Below, piece by piece: positions 1 to 7,565 of a DNA stretch of 32,000 bases. A program made the position numbers and the translations under genes. Each line of letters starts with the position of its first letter. Position 1 is the first letter of the stretch. The stretch lies in the NCBI GenBank assembly GCA_965250005.1, contig OZ252279.1, positions 810,001 to 842,000 of the forward strand, in the 5' to 3' direction. This DNA comes from Demequinaceae bacterium (GTDB taxonomy: Bacteria > Actinomycetota > Actinomycetes > Actinomycetales > Demequinaceae). A model generated the notes under the pieces. It made no database searches, was not told the DNA's origin, and worked only from the letters and a program-made list of their open reading frames with translations.

Positions 1-3000
1 GCCGCAGGCCGCGCGATTGCTACGGTGCTCCCTGACGGCGGCCGTACTGAGACCGCGCGCGACGCCCTGGGACGCGAGATCGCCACCACCGACGCCCTGG
101 GCAACACCACCAGCGTGACGTACGACGCTCTCGGCCGCGCGACCATCGTGGTTGACGCCGCCGGTTTCTCCACGACCGCAACCTACGACGCGGGCGGCAA
201 CCGCCTGTCAACGACGGACGCCCGCGGCGGGATCACCGCGTTCGTGTACGACGTGATGAACAGGCTCGTGTCAACCACCAACGCCGAAGGCGAAACCCGC
301 ACACAGTCCTACGACGCAGCGGGCAACGTCACGGATGGGGTCGACGCGCTGGGCGTGGCGACGCACTTCACATATGACGTGCGGAACCTGCTGACCGAGA
401 CAATCGAGAACTACTTGCCGGCCGAGCCGTCGAGCGAGTCGGTCAACGTGACGACGTCGGTGAGCTACGACGCCCGCGGCGACGCGGTGGCGACCGTAGA
501 CCCGCGCGGCAACGCCACGACGTATGTGCGCGACGCGCTTGGCCGCGTGGCGGCAGAAACGGACGCACTCGGCCAGACCAGCGTCGTCGGCTTCGACGCG
601 CTTGGCCGCCCGTCCGTGGTGACCGCACCTGATGGCTCGGTGACGGCGACCACCTACTCGCCCGACGGCTACCCCGTTGAGATCGCGTTCCCCGATCAGA
701 CCGTGACATCCGAATTCGACGCGCTGGGCAACCGAACGTCCATGACCGACGCGCTCGGAACGTCTTCCTGGACGTACGACTGGGCCTCACGGGTCACCGT
801 CGCCGTGGACGCGCTAGGCCAGAAGAACACGAACCAATACGACCTCGCAGGCAACCAAACCCGCGTGACATATGATGACGGCCGCTCGCTGCTGCGCACG
901 TTCGATGCACGCAACCTAGCCGTCACGCAGGCTGATGCTGACGACATCACATCCTTTGATTACGATCAGGCCGGTGCGCTGGTAGGTATTTCGCGCCCGT
1001 CGGGTGTGGAGACCGCCATCGACCGCGACCTACTAGGCCGGGTGACGGCGATTGTTCACACCGGTGAAGGCGTCGTGGGCAACACGCTTCCTAGTGGTGA
1101 GGTGAATCCGTCGTCGATGGCTCCGGGTAATGCGTATGGGCATTGCAAGGACAACGGGAATGGCCACCCGAACCAGCAGCCTGCGGGTTGTTCGACGCAA
1201 GCTCTGACGTTCGAGTACGAGTACGACGCGCGTGGTCTGGTGGATGAGCGGGAGCTGTCCACGGATGAGGCGACCACGCTCACGGATTACACGCATGATG
1301 CGCTTGGGCGTCTGACGGAGTCTGTCACCGGTGACTATGTGGCCACGTATGGGTGGGATGCGGCGTCGAACTTGGTGTTTGAGTCGGTGTCTGAGGATCT
1401 GTCGACGAACAAGAAGGGTGATGGGTACACGGTCACCTGGACCGTCAACGCGATCAACCAGCTCACGCAGTCGGTGATGGATCCGTCGGCGATGCCGGCG
1501 AACAAGACGGAAACGACGGCGTTCTCTTATGACGCGCGCGGCAACCGCACGCAGGCGTTGACGACCACGACGTCGGGCAACAAGACGCACACGGTCAGCG
1601 ACATCCAGTACTCGTATGACGGTCGCGATTTGGTCAGTTCTGTGACCGGTGGTGACACGGATGTGGCGTATGCGCGTGACGGCGTGGGCCGTGCTCTTGA
1701 GGTGTCCGAGGATGGTGACACCCGCACCCGCCTGTATGACGGGCTAGCGATCGTGCGTGATGGTGACACTCAGCTGACGCGCGGTCCGGGTGGTGCGGTG
1801 TTGTTTGAGGCCACGATGGTGACGTCGGGCAAGGGCAAGAAGGCGACGACCTCGATCCAGACGGTGGATGTGCTGGCGGACCTGCTGGGTTCGGCTGTCA
1901 CGACCGCCACGGATGGCGTGATTTCTGCGGACCTGGCGCTGTTTGGAGACTTTGGTGACCTACTGACAGACACCTCCCTGGACACCGTCACTGGGTTTAC
2001 CGGTCAAGTCGATACGGCAGGGTTGCTCGAGTTTGCGTCTCGGTCCTATGACATTGGTTCTCGGGTGTGGGTCCAGGATGACCGCTACCGGGGCACGGTC
2101 ACCCGTGCGTCGTCCCTGAACCGGTACGCCTACGTGGAGGGTGCCCCGGAAACATATGTGGATGTCCTTGGCTTCTTTAGGGCTGCGGCTGCGTTGCGAG
2201 CACAACAGCTGGCGGTATTGAACGCACAACTCCAGTCTGCCCTGGGTTCTCTAGACAGCCTGTATGGATTCGCGATCCAAAACGGGCAGGGCATGTCAGC
2301 CGATGACATGATGCGCGCCTACAACAATCTGGCTGCGGGTCTGGATCCAGCGGTCAAGGGCGTGCTGGACCCGATCGTCGGCAAGCTCGCGACGGGCGTC
2401 AAGACATTTCATTTGCGACAAGCGATTGCGACGATGAAGCAGAAGTTGGCTGAAAATGCCTATGAGAAGGAAAAGGCGCGGGCCGTGGCGGAGTTCCGGG
2501 CCCAAATGGATCTCCAAATCGAAGCACTGTATGCGCAGGCGCCCGGCGGTAACCCCAACACGGTGCACGAAGATAGGGGCTTCGTGGGCAATCGGTTGGA
2601 AGCCCTCAAAGGTCATGTGGGTGCCGCAAAAGACATGGTCGTGGACCTGGCGGTGACTGCGATCGACTTCAACATCATCATGCTGAACCCGGAACTGGCC
2701 GTCCTTACGGGCAGCCTGGACCGCTCGAACCAGCAAATCGACGCGTTCCAGGCTGGGATCGAAGAGAACGGTTGGGGCGACACGCTCAACATGACCCTCA
2801 ACCCGGTCTATCACTTGATCAACGGGAGCGTTTCGACCCTCGATTCGTTCAACACTGGCGACTTCCACGGTGTGGGCGAGGGTGTGTTCCAGATGCAAAT
2901 GGCTTTCGCGGAAACCGCGCTCGTCGTGGTGCCAGGCGCAGGATTGATCGTCGCTGGAGGTGTCAAGGTCGCTGCGCTTGCGGGCCGCGCCACCAACTCG

Positions 3001-3495
3001 CTGACAACCCTCACCACCCGAATCGCCGCTACCGCCCGCGCCTCAGGCCTCGCAGCAGACGCCGGCGCCATCCAACTCCCCGGACGCGCCGCATCAGCCG
3101 CTGATGCTGCGCTAACTGAAGCCGTCACGGCCAAGGCAGTCGCGGGTGCCGAAGTCGCGGTCGTCGACACGGCCGCAGCAAGTCGGCCCGCCGCGCTCGT
3201 AACTGAGACCTACGCTCCAAAGCCACTCAAGCCGAGCGAGGCCGTCGCGCGTTGGGACGAGTTCTTGGGGGACGGCCCAACGACGAACATTCATCCGAGG
3301 ACTGGTGTTCCAGATCCGAACCGTATTGTGTCTGCGGACGGGCTAAGAAGCATCCGTTTTGGTGAGCATGAAATGGGTAGCTCTCCCACGAAGTTTCATT
3401 TCCACGAGGAAACGTGGAGATTCGATGCGGCTACCAACACGTGGCAAGTCGATAATGTAGTGGTTCGAGTTCCCTTCCCGAGAGGCTCCTGGTAA
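1..3495 (+). CDS. RHS/YD-repeat polymorphic toxin, 3' portion (5' end lies off-window), with a long variable C-terminal toxin region
   Basis: Frame 1 is open from nt 1, so the M at nt 25 is internal. Dozens of YD-type repeats are present (YDALGR, YDAGGN, YDAAGN, YDARGD, YDLAGN, YDQAGA, YDARGL, YDARGN). The core-end-like motif NRYAYVEGAPETYVDVLGFF is encoded at 2119-2178. A 439-aa non-repeat tail follows. Stop is TAA 3493-3495. Confidence 0.9.
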   Translation, partial: AAGRAIATVLPDGGRTETARDALGREIATTDALGNTTSVTYDALGRATIVVDAAGFSTTATYDAGGNRLSTTDARGGITAFVYDVMNRLVSTTNAEGETRTQSYDAAGNVTDGVDALGVATHFTYDVRNLLTETIENYLPAEPSSESVNVTTSVSYDARGDAVATVDPRGNATTYVRDALGRVAAETDALGQTSVVGFDALGRPSVVTAPDGSVTATTYSPDGYPVEIAFPDQTVTSEFDALGNRTSMTDALGTSSWTYDWASRVTVAVDALGQKNTNQYDLAGNQTRVTYDDGRSLLRTFDARNLAVTQADADDITSFDYDQAGALVGISRPSGVETAIDRDLLGRVTAIVHTGEGVVGNTLPSGEVNPSSMAPGNAYGHCKDNGNGHPNQQPAGCSTQALTFEYEYDARGLVDERELSTDEATTLTDYTHDALGRLTESVTGDYVATYGWDAASNLVFESVSEDLSTNKKGDGYTVTWTVNAINQLTQSVMDPSAMPANKTETTAFSYDARGNRTQALTTTTSGNKTHTVSDIQYSYDGRDLVSSVTGGDTDVAYARDGVGRALEVSEDGDTRTRLYDGLAIVRDGDTQLTRGPGGAVLFEATMVTSGKGKKATTSIQTVDVLADLLGSAVTTATDGVISADLALFGDFGDLLTDTSLDTVTGFTGQVDTAGLLEFASRSYDIGSRVWVQDDRYRGTVTRASSLNRYAYVEGAPETYVDVLGFFRAAAALRAQQLAVLNAQLQSALGSLDSLYGFAIQNGQGMSADDMMRAYNNLAAGLDPAVKGVLDPIVGKLATGVKTFHLRQAIATMKQKLAENAYEKEKARAVAEFRAQMDLQIEALYAQAPGGNPNTVHEDRGFVGNRLEALKGHVGAAKDMVVDLAVTAIDFNIIMLNPELAVLTGSLDRSNQQIDAFQAGIEENGWGDTLNMTLNPVYHLINGSVSTLDSFNTGDFHGVGEGVFQMQMAFAETALVVVPGAGLIVAGGVKVAALAGRATNSLTTLTTRIAATARASGLAADAGAIQLPGRAASAADAALTEAVTAKAVAGAEVAVVDTAAASRPAALVTETYAPKPLKPSEAVARWDEFLGDGPTTNIHPRTGVPDPNRIVSADGLRSIRFGEHEMGSSPTKFHFHEETWRFDAATNTWQVDNVVVRVPFPRGSW

Positions 3496-3875
3496 TGAAG
3501 GTTGAATTGCAGCGCGAAGCCCCCAGTGACGGCTCGAGGATCCGGATTGCTAACGACGCTGTTGCCGGTGGCGCGCGCTGGAAAGGCGCCGGAACAGCTG
3601 ACACAATCGTTGACATAGAACTCGAAATACCGGGCGTGATCCAGTGGGCTGCAATTGTCGTGGACGCCGGGCCTTCGCACCTCGAAAACCCGAGCGAAGG
3701 GGAATTGCGAATCGTTGGTGTTGCGAGTGATTTGGGCCCAGATGGCTTGCTGATTATGACGGTTCCAGGCGGCGTAATCCTTGTTGAGACATCGGGAGCG
3801 GCACCCAGTGGAATCATTGGAAGAATCATTGGGATAACCGCGCATGACGCGCGCGTGTACTCGACTGGTGTGTGA
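3495..3875 (+). CDS. Candidate cognate immunity protein for the RHS C-terminal toxin (126 aa, no family recognised)
   Basis: ATG 3495-3497 shares its A with the RHS stop TAA (TAATG), which is a translational-coupling geometry. It is on the same strand, immediately 3' of the toxin tip. The sequence has strand-like alternating hydrophobic patterns (TIVDIELEIPGVIQWAAIVVDAG, GLLIMTVPGGVILVETSG). Two long antisense ORFs overlap it, so the strand choice rests on context rather than proof. Confidence 0.6.
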   Translation: MKVELQREAPSDGSRIRIANDAVAGGARWKGAGTADTIVDIELEIPGVIQWAAIVVDAGPSHLENPSEGELRIVGVASDLGPDGLLIMTVPGGVILVETSGAAPSGIIGRIIGITAHDARVYSTGV

Positions 3876-4045
3876 CTCTCCAGATTGGCGACGCGGCCTT
3901 GGGCAATGCACTCCCAGCGATCGAACGCAGCGGTCCTCGATGGCGCCGGGAGGCAACGCCTCGTCCTCGAGGAGTCTTTTGCGCGGCTGTGGGCAATGTG
4001 GCGCTGCCGTTGCTATGGCTGACAGAAGCGGAGGTTTGAGCCAGG

Positions 4046-4390
4046 TTGCCCGAGATTATGAAGTTCATTTCAGCGTTCATGGGTTATCTCTGGCGTGACG
4101 CGGACTTCCAACTCGGCGAATCGGCGGTTTCGACCGTCAACGGTGGCAACGCACATTTGGTAGTCGAGTCGCCCGATCTTCGAATGCGTTTTGTGCTCGA
4201 TCGGTCTCAAATGCTGCTCGAGTTCCAGCCGCGCCTGGATCGTTCGTCGGAAACTTGGTTCGATGTCGATCTGGTTCATCGTGTGATCGATGGGCCTCGC
4301 GACGGTCCCAACCTGTTGGACGAGTACTACGCCAGCTTTGTCGGAAGCAATCTTGACGCGATCAGGGCGCTCTTCGCGCGGGACGCTTAG
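4046..4390 (+). CDS. Hypothetical small protein (114 aa), possibly an orphan or second immunity protein
   Basis: The ORF has protein-like composition (MKFISAFMGYLWRDADFQLGES...LLDEYYASFVGSNLDAIRALFARDA). GGAGG at 4030-4034 lies 11 nt before TTG 4046. An alternative ATG is at 4058. The ORF lies in the lower-GC patch downstream of the toxin/immunity pair. Confidence 0.5.
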   Translation: MPEIMKFISAFMGYLWRDADFQLGESAVSTVNGGNAHLVVESPDLRMRFVLDRSQMLLEFQPRLDRSSETWFDVDLVHRVIDGPRDGPNLLDEYYASFVGSNLDAIRALFARDA

Positions 4391-6819
4391 TCAACCTCGC
4401 GAGTCGCTCTGCGCGCGGCAGGCAGCGCACGCGCCAAGGAACTCTTCGGGTCGGAGTAACGCTGCGATATGGCATGCAGCCTTGCGAGCGAATTTCGACA
4501 AAATGGGGCGTCTCCCGTCAGGGGCCGGTGTAGGCCCGATAGGTTGACCATCGTGGATGACGCACCAATGACGCGGCATCAGGTCCCTCGCGGAAGCAGG
4601 GCTGATGGCGAGTCAAATCGCGAGTTGTTGTTGGTGAAGAACGTCTCTCGAATGCGGTTGACCTATCAGGTGCGCCCACTAACGTTTCGCGCAACGCAGG
4701 AGCAGAAGCGGCTGAAGCCGGACCTTGCGCTGGCAACCGCAGTTGGAGACTTCGAAGACCACTGGTTCCTCGAAATCGATCTAGCAACGGAGTCGATTCC
4801 CGCCGTCATCCGCAAGTGCGCCGTCTACCAGTCATACAAGGCTTCCGGCCTCGAGCAGGCCCTGCTCGGGCTGTTTCCGGCCGTTGTGTGGCTCGTCGCG
4901 GACCAACACCGCCGTGAGCGCCTGAAGGCCGCCATCGGGGCGGACAAGCGCCTAGACGGGCGCGTATTTCGGGTCGTCGAACCAACTACGATGCTGCGCC
5001 TCGCAGGCCTGCCCGATGACACGAATCACGGCAATAGGGGTGGCGAAATTAGGTGACGACAAACGTCTGGACTCGTCGGGCCAAGAGAGTTATCTTCAAG
5101 AGGCTCCATGTCCCAATTGCGACGATTTGGCGAGCCCATCGGTCGCCCTGGGGTGGAAGGAGGAAGTCATGGAAACACCCATAGAGCAACAGGCACGGCC
5201 TCTCGCCGTGACCTACCTGCGTGTCTCGACACGCGAGCAAGCCGAACGCGATGGCGATCCGGAGGGCTATTCGATTCCCGCCCAACGAGAAGCGAACCAG
5301 CGCAAGGCCGAAGCGATGGGCGTCGACATTGTCGGTGAGTTTGTGGATCGCGGAGAATCGGCACGCTCCGCCGACCGACCCGAACTCAAGCGAATGCTTC
5401 ACTTCGTAGGCGAAAACCCCGTCGACTACTGCATCGTCCACAAGGTCGATCGGCTCGCTCGTAACCGGGCCGATGACGTTGAAATCAATATGGCGCTGCG
5501 CGCCGCAGGCGTGCAACTAGTCTCTGCCACCGAAAACATCGACGAAACACCATCAGGCACGCTGCTGCACGGCATCATGAGTTCCATCGCTGAGTTCTAC
5601 TCCCGCAACCTCGCCGCCGAAGTCTCTAAGGGCATGTCCCAGAAGGCCAAAGCAGGCGGCACGGTCACCCGTGCGCCACTGGGCTACCGCAACGTCCACT
5701 CGACTGACGACCAAGGCCGCGAAACCAGACCCGTCGAAATCGACCAGGAACGTGCACCGCTCGTGGCGTGGGCATTCGAACGCTACGCCGAAGGCGACAT
5801 CACACTCAACGAACTCACCGACCAGATGAACGCTCGCGGTCTCACCACCGCGCCCACGGCCACCCGTGCCTCTAAGCCGATCCTGGTCACCCAGTTGCAG
5901 AAGATCCTCAAGAACCCCTACTACAAGGGCGTCGTCGTCTACCGTGGTGCGACCTACCCGGGCAGGCACGAACCACTGGTCAGCGCGGCCCTGTGGGAGA
6001 TAGTTCAAAGCGCACTCGCCACACGGCAGAACGGTGAAAAGGTCCGACGCCACCACCACTACCTCAAGAGTTCCATCTTCTGCGGCTCCTGTAAGAGCAG
6101 GCTCATCGTCCAGCACTCCACCAACCGGCACGGCAACACCTACGAATACTTCGTCTGCCTCGGACGCCACCAGAAACGCACCAACTGCCAGATGTCCGCA
6201 GTATCGATCAACCAAGTCGAAATGCACGTCGTTGACTACTACAAGTCACTCGCCCTGCCACCGGAACTGCGCGAGACGCTCCAAACCGCGCTAACCGAGG
6301 AACTCGAACAATTCACCTCTGAATCAAAGGTGGAGAAGCGAGAACTGGAGCGTCAGCAACGCACTCTGGAAGACAAGCGCAAGAAACTGTTAGAAGCGCA
6401 CTACGCGTCCGCGATCCCGCTCGACCTATTCAAATCCGAGCAAGCGAGCATCGCCCGCACCATGGCCACCATAGGCGAGCGGCTCGAGTCGTTCGACGCC
6501 ACCGCGACAGAGCTCGCAGACTACCTGGATGCCGCTCTCTCGCTTGCACAGGACTGCTACGAGGCCTACCGCCGCGGCACCCCCGGACAGCGACGGATGA
6601 TCAACCAGGCGATGTTCGAGCGGCTCTACATCCACGACTCCGCTGACGCTGACGGCGTACTCGCCGAGCCATTCAACGCACTACTCGACGCCGAAACGCT
6701 CGCTATCGCGAGCACCCACGACTCCGCGAAGCCCGCATTAGAGAATCGAAAAACCCGGCTGTCCCGTGACGGAGAGAACCGGGTTCATCGACTTGGTCAG
6801 GGTTCTAAAGAACCCGTCA
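4391..6819. mobile_element. Recombination/replication module of an integrated element or its remnant, abutting the 3' end of tRNA-Ala. The left boundary is undetermined and the element may include the RHS cassette.
   Basis: A serine recombinase and a replication-relaxation remnant sit directly against the tRNA 3' end, flanked by a polymorphic-toxin locus on the other side. No flanking direct repeat could be identified inside the window. Confidence 0.4.
4568..5056 (+). CDS. Replication-relaxation family protein, apparently N-terminally truncated (possible pseudogene)
   Basis: The C-terminal half matches the family layout I recall: KPDLALA...HWFLEIDLATESIPAVIRKCAVYQSY...FPAVVWLVADQHRRERL. The N-terminal winged-helix part expected in full-length members is absent. 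Sequence upstream of ATG 4568 in the same ORF (from 4469) is not protein-like. The start is uncertain. Confidence 0.5.
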   Translation: MTRHQVPRGSRADGESNRELLLVKNVSRMRLTYQVRPLTFRATQEQKRLKPDLALATAVGDFEDHWFLEIDLATESIPAVIRKCAVYQSYKASGLEQALLGLFPAVVWLVADQHRRERLKAAIGADKRLDGRVFRVVEPTTMLRLAGLPDDTNHGNRGGEIR

Positions 6820-6992
6820 TGGTGGAGCTGAGGGGACTCGAACCCCTGACCCCCTGCATGCCATGCAGGTGCGCTACCAACTGCGCCACAGCCCCGCGAC
6901 CTTGCGGTCACTTGCCCCGGAGGGCGAGTGCCATAGTACCGAACCGCAGCGGGAACCGCCTAATCACTTCCCGCGTTGTGCCGCTCAAGTGA
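5169..6992 (+). CDS. Large serine recombinase (resolvase/invertase N-terminal domain, recombinase domain, zinc ribbon, coiled coil)
   Basis: AAGGAGG (5157-5163) ends 5 nt before ATG 5169. Catalytic region: AVTYLRVSTREQ...VHKVDRLARN...IAEFYSRNL. Zinc ribbon: IFCGSCKSRL...YEYFVCLGRHQKRTNC. A coiled-coil segment follows (EKRELERQQRTLEDKRKKLLEAHY). There is no stop until TGA 6990-6992, so the last ~58 codons are antisense to tRNA-Ala and to the end of the neighbouring gene. The functional C-terminus is uncertain. Confidence 0.85.
   Translation: METPIEQQARPLAVTYLRVSTREQAERDGDPEGYSIPAQREANQRKAEAMGVDIVGEFVDRGESARSADRPELKRMLHFVGENPVDYCIVHKVDRLARNRADDVEINMALRAAGVQLVSATENIDETPSGTLLHGIMSSIAEFYSRNLAAEVSKGMSQKAKAGGTVTRAPLGYRNVHSTDDQGRETRPVEIDQERAPLVAWAFERYAEGDITLNELTDQMNARGLTTAPTATRASKPILVTQLQKILKNPYYKGVVVYRGATYPGRHEPLVSAALWEIVQSALATRQNGEKVRRHHHYLKSSIFCGSCKSRLIVQHSTNRHGNTYEYFVCLGRHQKRTNCQMSAVSINQVEMHVVDYYKSLALPPELRETLQTALTEELEQFTSESKVEKRELERQQRTLEDKRKKLLEAHYASAIPLDLFKSEQASIARTMATIGERLESFDATATELADYLDAALSLAQDCYEAYRRGTPGQRRMINQAMFERLYIHDSADADGVLAEPFNALLDAETLAIASTHDSAKPALENRKTRLSRDGENRVHRLGQGSKEPVMVELRGLEPLTPCMPCRCATNCATAPRPCGHLPRRASAIVPNRSGNRLITSRVVPLK
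6820..6895 (-). tRNA. tRNA-Ala (anticodon GGC), CCA encoded
   Basis: Hand-folded 76-nt cloverleaf from the reverse complement. Acceptor GGGGCUG/CAGCUCC with the G3:U70 alanine identity pair. D arm GCGC-AGUUGGUA-GCGC. Anticodon arm CCUGC-AUGGCAU-GCAGG. Variable loop GGGUC. T arm AGGGG-UUCGAGU-CCCCU. Ends in ACCA. Confidence 0.95.
6933..6938 (-). promoter_or_regulatory. Possible -10 element (TACTAT on the minus strand) for tRNA-Ala
   Basis: A TAnnnT-type hexamer lies 37 nt upstream of the mature tRNA 5' end. No convincing -35 element was found. Confidence 0.2.
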
Positions 6993-7565
6993 CCACCGTC
7001 CCCCGAGCCGCTGAACGAGCTCGCTCCAACGGGTATTGTCGAGGTTCGCGATTGCGCGCCGCTCCGGAGCAATACCAAGCAGCGCGTGGATTCCCACCCG
7101 GATTGCACTCCCGTGACTCACGACAACGAGGCCGCCGGGGGCCGACGCGGCGTGCTCCTCTATCGCCGCCGCGACGCGCCGCGCGAGCGGGCCGTTCCCC
7201 TCAATACCTTCCACCTGGGCCTCGCCGTGCAGGCTCCACCGTTCGACGGCCTCAGGGTATCTCTCCTTACGCTCGCTCAGCGTGAGGCCCTCCCACGGCC
7301 CGTACTCACGCTCGGCCAATCGTGGGTCGAGCGTCACATCGGCGGCGCCCAGGGCGTCGGCGATGGTCCGTGCGGTGTCGGCAGCTCTCGCCAAGGGCGA
7401 CGCGAATACAACCGACTGGACAGGCACGATGGCCTTGAGTTCGGCCGCGACGCGCTCCGCCTGGTCTCGGCCAGCGGCATTGAGCGGGATGTCCGTGGCA
7501 CCCTGGAGTCGGCCACTGGCGTTCCAGTCAGTCTGACCGTGACGGACCAGGTACAGGTACGTCAC
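6960..7565 (-). CDS. Histidine phosphatase family protein (phosphoglycerate-mutase-like)
   Basis: N-terminal LVRHGQTDWN (RHG catalytic motif) and a later VSHG motif. GTG start 7565-7563 overlaps the rsfS stop (GTGA). This is the usual actinobacterial position downstream of nadD-rsfS. Confidence 0.85.
   Translation of the reverse strand: MTYLYLVRHGQTDWNASGRLQGATDIPLNAAGRDQAERVAAELKAIVPVQSVVFASPLARAADTARTIADALGAADVTLDPRLAEREYGPWEGLTLSERKERYPEAVERWSLHGEAQVEGIEGNGPLARRVAAAIEEHAASAPGGLVVVSHGSAIRVGIHALLGIAPERRAIANLDNTRWSELVQRLGGRWSLERHNAGSD

Noticed and set aside
3396-3956. A 186-aa minus-strand ORF, and a 132-aa minus-strand ORF at 3431..3829, covering the immunity candidate.
   Set aside because: The 186-aa ORF overlaps the RHS 3' end by 100 nt. 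It is the codon-aligned antisense frame of the plus ORF, kept open simply because TTA, CTA and TCA codons are absent there. Its product is Cys/Arg/Ser/Asn-rich, with no start-site signal that I could see. The 132-aa ORF shares third-codon positions with the plus ORF, which is the typical shadow-ORF relationship. I could not fully exclude either, so the ambiguity is flagged in the findings.
4469-4479. An 11-nt match (ATGGCATGCAG) to the anticodon arm of tRNA-Ala, considered as a possible second att site that would bound a small 2.4-kb element.
   Set aside because: The match does not extend beyond the palindromic GCATGC-containing core. It is in inverted orientation relative to the tRNA, and an 11-mer of this kind is plausible by chance in 32 kb.
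5016-5168. A 51-codon N-terminal extension of the recombinase ORF given in the track.
   Set aside because: A strong AAGGAGG lies 5 nt before ATG 5169. The resolvase domain starts right after that ATG, and the extension would place the SD inside the coding sequence.
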